From the NCBI GenBank assembly GCA_001856825.1, contig ATMD01000001.1, positions 114,581 through 178,580 of the forward strand: DNA of 64,000 nt, read 5' to 3'. The notes under the pieces were generated by a model. That model was not told the DNA's origin. It did not search any database and saw only the letters and a list, made by a program, of their open reading frames with translations. Position 1 is the first letter of the stretch; every line of letters begins with the position of its first letter. The translations under genes and the position numbers were made by a program. Shown in pieces: positions 42,926 through 51,623 of this stretch. Source of the DNA: Thermoplasmatales archaeon I-plasma. Its GTDB lineage: Archaea > Thermoplasmatota > Thermoplasmata > Thermoplasmatales > GCA-001856825.

Positions 42926-43471
42926 GTGATACCCTCCTTCATCTCGGCATTAATACTATTCATACCAGCATTCATAGCCAACCCCAGCGCTGTGATCACT
43001 GGAGGTCATTTTGTCATAGATGGAGGAAAGAGCTGGAGGGGGAAGCGGATATTTGGCGACCATAAAACGTGGTCTGGATTTTTAGGTGGCATGGTGGCAG
43101 GTACTGTGATAGGATTGCTGCTCAATTACCTTTTCCTCTTTGCGGGGGTAAAGGAGCTCGTTTTCTCTGATCAGCTGTTAAACTCATTCCTGATGGTACT
43201 TGCCTTATCTGCCTTCTCGATGCTTGGGGACCTTGCTGGCTCTTTTATCAAGAGAAGGATAGGAAGGGCACCAGGTGCAGAGTCTCTGTTCCTGGACCAG
43301 TATCCGTTTGCGCTATTCTCCCTCGCCTTTTTCTACATCATATTTCTTCCGCAGGCAAAGGTGCTCTTCCCCTGGGAAGGGGTAGTTGCAATTCTCATAG
43401 TAACACCGCTCATTCACAGGGCAGTCAACATAATAGGGTACAAATTCAAGATGAAGAGCGTTCCTTACTAG
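42926..43471 (+). CDS. carS: CDP-archaeol synthase
   Basis: PA..AN, ID.G....GKRIFGD.KTW.G, GD..GSFIKRR, LDQ. Confidence 0.92.
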   Translation: MIPSFISALILFIPAFIANPSAVITGGHFVIDGGKSWRGKRIFGDHKTWSGFLGGMVAGTVIGLLLNYLFLFAGVKELVFSDQLLNSFLMVLALSAFSMLGDLAGSFIKRRIGRAPGAESLFLDQYPFALFSLAFFYIIFLPQAKVLFPWEGVVAILIVTPLIHRAVNIIGYKFKMKSVPY

Positions 43472-45270
43472 TCTAGGAATTCGTTTGCGTCCTTGACAGG
43501 GTCTTTGCTCAGATATAGGTTCGGGAGATCATTCCTGAATTTTCGTGCCCTAGAATCAAGGATAATTGCAACACCTCTGTCCTCCGGGCTCCTTATGAGG
43601 CGGCCTATGGCCTGTCTCATCCTCGTGGCAGCAACCGCCTCATATGCGTACTCCCATCCTCTCCTGAATTTCATTTCGTAGAATAGTTCCATTGCCGCAG
43701 TCTCTGGGGCGGGGGGCGGATAGGGTATTCCTGTCAATACGGCAACTTCAACAATCTTCCCAGGCAGGTCTATGCCTTCGGATATCCTTCCATTCACTAC
43801 GGCGAACAGGTTCCCCCCTTTCTCCCTGAAGTTTGTTGTTATAAGATTGACAAACTCCTCGTTGTTCATACCTTTCCTCTCGAAATATATCCTCCCCTTC
43901 ATTTCGAGCTCAAGGAAGGATGAAAGCTGTTCATAAGACGTGCAGAATATGACCTTGTTTCTCTTGATCCCCTCAACTATCTGCTTCACGTAAAAATTCA
44001 TCTTGTCCCTTGACTCATCCTTAAGGCTGTATCTGGACGTGACGTCATCCACAAACAGCACCTTCAGATTCCTCTCAAGGTAGTCTGCCTTCACCAGCAC
44101 CTTTTCCGGATCGTCAATCCCCATTTCGTCAATGAACTTGCTGAAGGGCGAAATGGTGCCTGACATGAAGAAAGACCTGAATGCATTACCGAAGAATCTG
44201 AGGACATCGTATGTTTCCAGATTCATCAGGTTTATTCCGGAAGGCTCATCGTTGTGTGTTATCATTACCCTGTATCCTTCGTCATCCTCCATCATCCTTG
44301 ACGCGATTATTGATGTGTTGTAGATGTAACTCCTTGGAAGTTTTCCCTCGTTGCTCCTTGACTCCCTAATGGAAAGACCATAATTCGCCATAAGTGATAG
44401 TATTCCGCGAATGTCAAGCGAATTCATCTGGAATGCGTCCATGTAGGCTTCAGTGACTTCCTGAGTTGTGATTATCCTGTCCCCCTCCTTTAGGAGAGAT
44501 GAAAGAGCCTCACCAAGGGAATCGATGACATAGGATGCGTTAATCTTGTTGAGCATCATGTCCCCGAACTGGTCGATCTCCTTGGAGCAGCCGGCCAGGC
44601 TGTTGTGAGTGAGCTTAGCAGACAAGAGACTCCTCGTGAGATCGGGAATGTTGTGAGCTTCGTCGGCAATCAATATTATGTCCTTCAGCTCCGCACCCAT
44701 CCAGTCGAGGAATCTCTCCCTTATGAAAGGATTGAGGAAGAATGAATACGACGTCACCAGAACATTTGCCTCTATGGCAAGCCTCTTCTGTGCAAAATAG
44801 GGGCAAAAGTCCTCGTTCCCCAATTCAATGAAATCTTCCTGTGACATGACGTTCTTCTTCCATCTTCCGTCGTAGTCTGTTCCGTAAGGGCACCCACCCT
44901 TTCCACCCTTGTGCTTCTCAACCAGCACCCTGCAGTAGCTGCTCTGTTCCTCCGGTGTTCCCTGGGACATGTCAGGTGCCTGTTTCCTGAACAAGCACAT
45001 TTCGCCACGCCCGAAGAATGTCATGACCTTATCCACCCCCATGCGCCTTGCTTCACGCAGCAGGTTCTCAGCCTGTGAATTCGTCCTTGTGAGGAACACC
45101 ACTCTCCTGTCAGGATATTTTGTCAGAACGTGGAATAGGACTGCAGCAGTCTTTCCTGACCCTGTCGGGCTTTCCAGTATGGTGGACTTCTTGTTGCTGG
45201 AATCAAGCTTCTGGAAAATCATTTCCTGCCATGGGTACATCTCATAGGGGAACTTTAGCGGCCCTTTCAA
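43468..45270 (-). CDS. xpd: XPD/Rad3-type Fe-S DNA helicase
   Basis: SPTGSGKT, four Fe-S Cys, DEAH, SEGID, QAIGRLIR...D.G. Confidence 0.94.
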   Translation of the reverse strand: MKGPLKFPYEMYPWQEMIFQKLDSSNKKSTILESPTGSGKTAAVLFHVLTKYPDRRVVFLTRTNSQAENLLREARRMGVDKVMTFFGRGEMCLFRKQAPDMSQGTPEEQSSYCRVLVEKHKGGKGGCPYGTDYDGRWKKNVMSQEDFIELGNEDFCPYFAQKRLAIEANVLVTSYSFFLNPFIRERFLDWMGAELKDIILIADEAHNIPDLTRSLLSAKLTHNSLAGCSKEIDQFGDMMLNKINASYVIDSLGEALSSLLKEGDRIITTQEVTEAYMDAFQMNSLDIRGILSLMANYGLSIRESRSNEGKLPRSYIYNTSIIASRMMEDDEGYRVMITHNDEPSGINLMNLETYDVLRFFGNAFRSFFMSGTISPFSKFIDEMGIDDPEKVLVKADYLERNLKVLFVDDVTSRYSLKDESRDKMNFYVKQIVEGIKRNKVIFCTSYEQLSSFLELEMKGRIYFERKGMNNEEFVNLITTNFREKGGNLFAVVNGRISEGIDLPGKIVEVAVLTGIPYPPPAPETAAMELFYEMKFRRGWEYAYEAVAATRMRQAIGRLIRSPEDRGVAIILDSRARKFRNDLPNLYLSKDPVKDANEFLD

Positions 45271-46174
45271 GGAAGGAATCCACCTCCTTCACGATGGGTA
45301 GTCCAAATGCTTCTATCTGTCTTTCCAGATCACTCCTGTCTATGAGGGTTGTGAAGTGATAGGAATTCAGGCTCCTTATGACGTCTTCATCCCCTACCTT
45401 CAGTAACCTGCTCATGACATTTGCCGTATCCCTCTTTTCTTCCTTGTTCAGCGGCTCACCTACTTTCCTCTTGTATTCCCTGAGAAATGTGCTTACTGAG
45501 TACCCCCGCTCCACTCTCGTGAAGATGCAGCAGCAGAGCCCCTCTTTCCTTTTCTTCACGCCATTATTCATAGTGAGGAAGGGCTCCCATATCTGTGCCG
45601 CATCAATTTCCCCCTTATGGTAAGAGCGAAGCATGTCGTCCATGCTCTTGAAATACACCTGTTCATAATTCCTGAAGTCCCTTGAATCCCTGTCCATCCT
45701 TGAAAGGGGTGTCGTTCCTATTTTCCCCTCATCCCTTCTTTTAATCAACCCGGACCCGCCTTCCGCGACTCCTGCTATTGGCCTGATGCTCCTGTCTATA
45801 AGGTAGAAAAAATAACCGGATATGAGCGGGCTGGCGACCATGTCCTCCGCTCCTGTCATGAGTTCCTTGAGCGCCTCAAGGCTGTTGTCATAGACAGTCA
45901 GCCTGAAGGGTATCCTCTTTCCCAGCTGTTCCAGCGTGGAAACCATATGGAAATACTCAGAACTTCTAAGTATCCCAACCCGGAGTGTCCTTGAATGGTT
46001 GATTGAAACGAGAACTGTCCTCTGGCTCACCCTTTTCCTTGTAATGATATGCTGTGCCTCAAGCTTTCTTAGGACCTCGGATATCCTTGACCTTGAAGAA
46101 TTGAGCCTGGATGTCAGTTCCTTCTGTGTTATGTCCTCTTTGAACAGTAGATCAAGAACCCTATCCCTTAGCAT
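45242..46174 (-). CDS. Winged-HTH protein fused to an SsuA/THI5-like substrate-binding fold
   Basis: ITQKEL...S.SRISEVL..LE HTH; LRVG, G..D, DAAQIWEPF, CCC. Confidence 0.75.
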   Translation of the reverse strand: MLRDRVLDLLFKEDITQKELTSRLNSSRSRISEVLRKLEAQHIITRKRVSQRTVLVSINHSRTLRVGILRSSEYFHMVSTLEQLGKRIPFRLTVYDNSLEALKELMTGAEDMVASPLISGYFFYLIDRSIRPIAGVAEGGSGLIKRRDEGKIGTTPLSRMDRDSRDFRNYEQVYFKSMDDMLRSYHKGEIDAAQIWEPFLTMNNGVKKRKEGLCCCIFTRVERGYSVSTFLREYKRKVGEPLNKEEKRDTANVMSRLLKVGDEDVIRSLNSYHFTTLIDRSDLERQIEAFGLPIVKEVDSFLERAAKVPL

Positions 46175-46179
46175 ATGCG

Positions 46180-47403
46180 TCAGAGTTCAAACTCTTCTCC
46201 GTTCTTCGGGAGGACAACCTTCGTAGATGTTAGGTCCTTCGCAAGCTCCTCCCTCTTTTCCCCGTGCATCAGGACAACCTTGTCAGGCCTTGAACCCTCT
46301 ATGAACTTGACTATTTCCTTATGGCCGGAATGGGCAGAGAAGTCGAAGAACTTGACGTCCATGCTCACCTTGCTTGCAACCCCGGCAAGATCAATGCTTC
46401 CAGTCTCCAGCAGCATCCTTCCGTTCGTGTCCTCAACCTGGTATCCCGTCAGGAATAGACCGTTCTTCTCGCTGTTCAGCTGAGATATGTAGTTAAGAAC
46501 AGGTCCTCCGTCAAGCATCCCGCTGGTCGTTATTATCACATCACCCTTCAATGCCTTGTCACGGTCGGATTTGCTCCTTACAAGGTTTCACCCTCCTGAG
46601 CATTTTCTTGTACCTGTGGTAGTTCTTGATGTACTTCGGGAAGCTAAGGAGTACATTGCATACTGTCCTTGCCATCCCGTCTATCCATATCTCATAATCC
46701 GTATTCTCCAGAACCATGAGCAGTTCCTGGTGCCCTTCCGGGTTGCAAATGCAGGCACTACTGCAACGCCTTCATTCTCCACCACCTGCTGTATTGATGC
46801 AAGGAAATTCTCCTCCACCGATGGTCTCGGCGGATGCTCCTTCCCTGCATACGTGCTCTCAACGATAAGAATGTCTGTGTCAATTGGCTTGATGCCGAAA
46901 GTGAGGTGGGTATCGATGCTCTGTATGTCCCCCGTGAAAACGACCTTCCTGTCGTTCTGGATGAGGTACATAGAACTTCCAACTAGATGGCCCGTGTTGT
47001 GAGAAGTTATTTCCTGGTCCTTGAACTCCATAGTCTCACCGTAATCAATTGGTGTGAAAGCTTCTATTATGCTGTCAACATCCTGCTCCTCGAAGGGTAG
47101 CTTGTTCCCCTCAATGTTGGCTATCTTCACTGAGTCGTAGAGGAGTATGGGAACGACGGCCAGAGTTGGAGGCGTCGCGTAAACATTTGCACCCCCATTC
47201 TTGTTTAGCCATGGGAGCATGCCGACGTGGTCAAGGTGGGAATGCGTTATGAAAACTCCATCTACCTTTGGCGCAAGCATTGGGAATGTCGGCGGCTTGG
47301 TCGGATTCATCCCATAGTCGAAGAGGAACTTGTAGTTGTCAGTAGACAGTACCATGCCCAGTCTTCCGACCTCATCCCCTCCGCCAAGAAATTTCGCCTT
47401 CAT
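46180..47403 (-). pseudogene. MBL/beta-CASP ribonuclease (aCPSF-like) with three single-base insertions, probably assembly errors
   Basis: GG..EVGR, THSHLDH, GH..GS, FTGD, ESTY, TSGML.GG, FSAH, MHGE; removing 3 nt gives a 406-aa ORF. Confidence 0.85.
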
Positions 47404-48170
47404 AGACCTGCCTCCTTTAGATGTAGGCCGCACCCACAGCTCCTAATGGACGATATCTTTGGAATAGCGCTTTCAAGCACTTTCTTTATGTTCTCTTCAC
47501 TTTCCTTCATTACCCTCACAACTTCCTTTGAATTTACAGGTATTTCTGCCCAGACGTCGTAATCAGTCACAGTTGCCAATGTAAGATAGCACATCTCCTT
47601 TTCCCTTGCAAGGTTGATCTCTGGAACGAGTGTCATGCCTATTATGTCCCCCACCCCTCTGAAGAACTTGCTTTCCGCCCGAGTAGAGAATCTTGGCCCC
47701 TCGATGCACACGTAAGTCCCGCCTTTCTTTGACTTTATCCTTAGCTCTATGAGCGTCTTGTGGAAAACGTCCAGCATCTCCGGGCAGAACGGGTCTGCCA
47801 TTGATATGTGAACAACTTCAGGCCCGTCGAAGAACGTGTATGTTCTACCCTTCGTGAAATCGAAGAATTGATCCGGTAGTGCGATTGCACCCGGCTCTAT
47901 ATCCTTCTGGAGGGAACCAACGGCCGATACGCCTATTACCCTTTCCACTCCTACTTCCTTCAATCCCCACATATTTGCCCTGAAGTTTATCTTGTGTGGT
48001 GGTATTTTATGCTCCTTTCCGTGCCTGTAGAGGACTACTACGTCCTTTCCGGCAATTTTGCCCAATTCCAGCGGGGAAGACATTTCCCCATAGGGAGTAC
48101 TAAGTTTTACAATCTCAGCATCTTCTAACAGTTTTCCGGTAACTGAGCCTCCAATTAGTCCGATTGACAT
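47400..48170 (-). CDS. mtnP: S-methyl-5'-thioadenosine phosphorylase
   Basis: IGGS, TPYG, RHG..H..PPH, EGPRFSTRAE, GMT.VPE, VTDYD. Confidence 0.93.
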   Translation of the reverse strand: MSIGLIGGSVTGKLLEDAEIVKLSTPYGEMSSPLELGKIAGKDVVVLYRHGKEHKIPPHKINFRANMWGLKEVGVERVIGVSAVGSLQKDIEPGAIALPDQFFDFTKGRTYTFFDGPEVVHISMADPFCPEMLDVFHKTLIELRIKSKKGGTYVCIEGPRFSTRAESKFFRGVGDIIGMTLVPEINLAREKEMCYLTLATVTDYDVWAEIPVNSKEVVRVMKESEENIKKVLESAIPKISSIRSCGCGLHLKEAGL

Positions 48171-48398
48171 TAAGAGTGCATGGTGTGTTCCCTAAATAAA
48201 CTTCCTGAGAATAAATGAATTATGCGAATGTAAATTGTGTTTCATACAATAATACTGATATCTACAGGGTCACTATGAATAGCTGCACAGAATGATCCCT
48301 TTTCAGGCAAGGTGCAAATCGAGCTTTGATATTTAGGTTAGTTATGAATGCACTTAAGAGGCAGAACATCATTAAATATGAGGTATCAATTGGGTTCC

Positions 48399-48635
48399 AT
48401 GGAAGGTAAGGTACGTCCTCTGAATGTACTTGGAAGCAGTCTTAACCAGTACGTGCTGGTTAAGGTCAAATGGAACAGGGAATACAGGGGACTGCTGGAT
48501 GGTTACGATCAGCACCTCAACCTGGTCATAAAGAATGCGGAAGAGGTAGTCGAGAACAAGAGCAGAGGAACATTCCCAATAATGGTAATAAGAGGGGACG
48601 TGGTAGTGTACATTTCACCTTCGGAGGCGATATAA
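48399..48635 (+). CDS. Sm-like archaeal protein (SmAP/Lsm)
   Basis: RPL..L, G.L.GYDQHLNLV, IRGD.V; upstream of rpl37e. Confidence 0.95.
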   Translation: MEGKVRPLNVLGSSLNQYVLVKVKWNREYRGLLDGYDQHLNLVIKNAEEVVENKSRGTFPIMVIRGDVVVYISPSEAI

Positions 48636-48636
48636 A

Positions 48637-48798
48637 ATGAGAGGAACCCCATCGATGGGGAGAAGGAACAGGATAAAGGTCCATATAAAGTGCAGGAGAT
48701 GTGGTCACCACTCTTATAACGTGAGCGACAAAAGGTGCTCCCACTGTGGATATCCGGATACAAGGATCAGAAGCTATAACTGGGCGAAGTCTAGGTGA
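48637..48798 (+). CDS. rpl37e: 50S ribosomal protein L37e (53 aa; absent from the ORF track)
   Basis: MRGTPSMGRRNRIKVHIKCRRCGHHSYNVSDKRCSHCGYPDTRIRSYNWAKSR: GT.S.G, CRRCG..SY and C..CG zinc finger. Confidence 0.97.
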   Translation: MRGTPSMGRRNRIKVHIKCRRCGHHSYNVSDKRCSHCGYPDTRIRSYNWAKSR

Positions 48799-50152
48799 AT
48801 CGTGCGGGATAGTCGCTCTCGCAGAGAGCGTTCCCGTTGGTTATAGATTGGTACAATCGCTCAGGATTATTCAGCACAGGGGACAGGAATCTGCAGGAAT
48901 TTCCATAGACACTGGCAAGACGATGAAGACATACAGGGGCATGGGGTTAGTCAATGAAGTTTTTTCAGGCGTGAAGCTGGAGAAGGACACAGGAATGGGA
49001 ATAGGGCACATCAGGTACAGCACAGCCGGCTCCTCCTCACTAGAGAACGCTCAACCGCTTCATGCAAATATCGGGAAGTACGAAATATCAATGGGGCACA
49101 ACGGGGAGATAGTGAATGCAGCACAGCTGAAGATGTCCCTGGAGAGCAGGGGTTACTCGTTCGCGACAAACTCAGATACTGAGGTCATAATGAAGCTTCT
49201 CTCCATCGAGTTGTCAAAGACGTCCGACCCGATACTCTCAATGAAGAACACATTCAAGAAGCTCGTAGGGGCATATTCATTGAACATAATGATAAACCAG
49301 AGGGTATTTGTTGCACGTGACCCGAACGGTATCAGGCCATTAGTTGTTGGCACAACGGAATACGGTTACTGCGCAGCTTCCGAGAGCGTTGTATTCGACC
49401 AGCTGAACGGGAAGATGATAAGGGACGTGAAGCCAGGTGAGATAGTTGAGATCAAGAAGGACGGCGTAGATTCTTTCATCTATAACGATACCGCAAGGAC
49501 AGCTCACTGCATGTTCGAATACGTCTACTTTGCAAGACCGGACAGCGTGCTGGACGGAAGGAGTGTCTTCGAAACCAGGATGGAACTCGGGAGAATCCTT
49601 GCAAGGGAGAGTCCGGTGAAGGGGGCTGATTGTGTTGTCGCAGTCCCTGACTCTGCAAGAACACACGCACAGGGTTACGCGGAGGAGTCTGGGATTCCGT
49701 TGACAGAAGCGCTAATCAAGAACAGGTATGTTGACAGGACTTTCATAATGCCTGAACAGGCCGGAAGGGAGAGCGAGCTTGACATCAAGCTCAACCCTAT
49801 AAAGCAACTGATAGACGGCAAAAAAGTTGTTCTTGTTGATGACAGCGTAATAAGGGGCAATACAACAAGGAAGATAGTGAAGATGCTAAAGAAGTACGGG
49901 GCAAAGGAGGTCCATCTCAGGATTGCCTGCCCCCCGGTGCGTTTTCCGTGCTACCTTGGGATAGACATGAAGACAAAGGACCAGTTCATTGCATCGAACC
50001 GGAGCCTGAACGAGATAAGGGATAAGGTCGGGGCCGACAGCTTGCGATACATTTCGCTTGACGGACTTATAGAGGCCACTACACAGGGAAAGGAGAAGCT
50101 ATGCCTGGGCTGCCTGACAGGCAGGTACCCAGTGAGAATAGGCAATCACTGA
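48746..50152 (+). CDS. purF: Amidophosphoribosyltransferase
   Basis: ESCGI, QHRGQE.AG, GH.RYST.G, C.FE.VYFARPDS, VDDS..RG.T, C..C..G.YP. Confidence 0.97.
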   Translation: MDIRIQGSEAITGRSLGESCGIVALAESVPVGYRLVQSLRIIQHRGQESAGISIDTGKTMKTYRGMGLVNEVFSGVKLEKDTGMGIGHIRYSTAGSSSLENAQPLHANIGKYEISMGHNGEIVNAAQLKMSLESRGYSFATNSDTEVIMKLLSIELSKTSDPILSMKNTFKKLVGAYSLNIMINQRVFVARDPNGIRPLVVGTTEYGYCAASESVVFDQLNGKMIRDVKPGEIVEIKKDGVDSFIYNDTARTAHCMFEYVYFARPDSVLDGRSVFETRMELGRILARESPVKGADCVVAVPDSARTHAQGYAEESGIPLTEALIKNRYVDRTFIMPEQAGRESELDIKLNPIKQLIDGKKVVLVDDSVIRGNTTRKIVKMLKKYGAKEVHLRIACPPVRFPCYLGIDMKTKDQFIASNRSLNEIRDKVGADSLRYISLDGLIEATTQGKEKLCLGCLTGRYPVRIGNH

Positions 50153-50172
50153 AATGCTATCTTAATGGAATT

Positions 50173-51033
50173 TCAAGGAGCCTTACTACCGTTCTTCTGA
50201 AGGAACTTGATGGATTCGTAGAGAAAACTGTTGACCTTCATATCCATTCCCTCCCTTTTCCCTAGCGCAATGATCTCCCCCGTAATGGAATCGATCTCCG
50301 ACATCCTCCCCTGCTGTATGTCCTGCAGCATGCTGCTGACATTCTCAGACGTCACTGTGCATGTCTCCCTGACGTTCTTCTCTACCTCCAGATTGTACCC
50401 CATGGCAGAGAAAAGTCGTTCCAGTTCCTCTATAGCTGCAGAAGCTATCTCCCACAATTCCCTGCTCCTGATGACCTCACCATTCTTCACGCCGAAGAGA
50501 GCAGTTATGGGGTTGATGACAGCGTTTATCGCAGCTTTCCTGTAGAGTTCTTCCCTGATGTTATCGGACCAGACTGCATTTATTCCTGCATCGTTCAAGA
50601 AGGATATATCCATCCTGCCTGAATCGCTTCCCACACGGAAATACCCCCTTCCTGTAAGTTCAGCAGCGCCCCTGCCGATCTTCTTGGCCCCCCAGGTGGT
50701 CACAGCGTAAAATTTCTCCACCCCCTCCTTTTCCATCTTCAGGTGCGCGAGACCGTTCTGTATCAGAATGACCCTTCCCTTCAATTCGTGATTACTGAAA
50801 ACGTTTTCAAGGTCGTACGATTTCACTGCAACTATCGTGACGTCTGACTCCCCGATATCTTCCCTCACTTCTACAGAAAACATCTCCTCCCTACCGTCTA
50901 GTTTGAGCTTGAGACCGTTGCCATAAAGATCCCTCTCCCCCTTCCTGACTACGAGGGATACATCATTCTTCTTCCGCAAGAAGTAGGAAAGAACGATGCC
51001 CATTGATCCGGGACCAATTACGTTTATTTTCAT
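50173..51033 (-). CDS. panE: 2-dehydropantoate 2-reductase
   Basis: GPGSMG, AVKSY, QNG, K..IN..INP, SSM.QD...GR.SEI. Confidence 0.92.
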   Translation of the reverse strand: MKINVIGPGSMGIVLSYFLRKKNDVSLVVRKGERDLYGNGLKLKLDGREEMFSVEVREDIGESDVTIVAVKSYDLENVFSNHELKGRVILIQNGLAHLKMEKEGVEKFYAVTTWGAKKIGRGAAELTGRGYFRVGSDSGRMDISFLNDAGINAVWSDNIREELYRKAAINAVINPITALFGVKNGEVIRSRELWEIASAAIEELERLFSAMGYNLEVEKNVRETCTVTSENVSSMLQDIQQGRMSEIDSITGEIIALGKREGMDMKVNSFLYESIKFLQKNGSKAP

Positions 51034-51623
51034 GCGGCCTTTGCTGATTCAGTCACGAGAAGCTTCTGCCCTTCCTCAAAGGCTCTCATGTTTATGTCCC
51101 AGTACCTTTCAGGAAGTGAGTCCTTGATTGCTTTTATGATACTTTCTCGTGAAAGACCCAGGATTCCAGTTGAATAGACAGCCCCGACCATTACTGTATT
51201 TGCCACCCGCTTGTTCCCAAGGCTCAGTGCAACCTGGTCTGCTTCTACATTCAGCGTGTTGTACCTGCTAAGCTCCTCCTCGATGGCGTCAGTCGGATAG
51301 TTCTGCCTCCTCAACGTCATCGATACAGGGTGGATCTTCCTCCTACTGAGCAGTATCATCCCTCCATCCTTCAGCTTCTTCAAATTCCTGACTGCCTCAA
51401 GTTCTTCAAATGCAACTATGGCATCTGCAGTATTTGCAGGGATTATGGCGCTCTTGTATTCTCCGATCCTGACCTCAACCAATATCTTTCCCCCCCTCTG
51501 GGCCATGCCGTGCAACTCGGTCATCAGGACGTTCTTTCCTTCTATCACCGCCGCCCTTCCTATTATCATAGCGACTGTTATGACACCCTGCCCGCCTACC
51601 CCTGCGAAGACGATGGAAACCAT
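51030..51623 (-). CDS. iorB: Indolepyruvate:ferredoxin oxidoreductase beta subunit
   Basis: GVGGQG, HGMAQRGG. Confidence 0.93.
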   Translation of the reverse strand: MVSIVFAGVGGQGVITVAMIIGRAAVIEGKNVLMTELHGMAQRGGKILVEVRIGEYKSAIIPANTADAIVAFEELEAVRNLKKLKDGGMILLSRRKIHPVSMTLRRQNYPTDAIEEELSRYNTLNVEADQVALSLGNKRVANTVMVGAVYSTGILGLSRESIIKAIKDSLPERYWDINMRAFEEGQKLLVTESAKAA

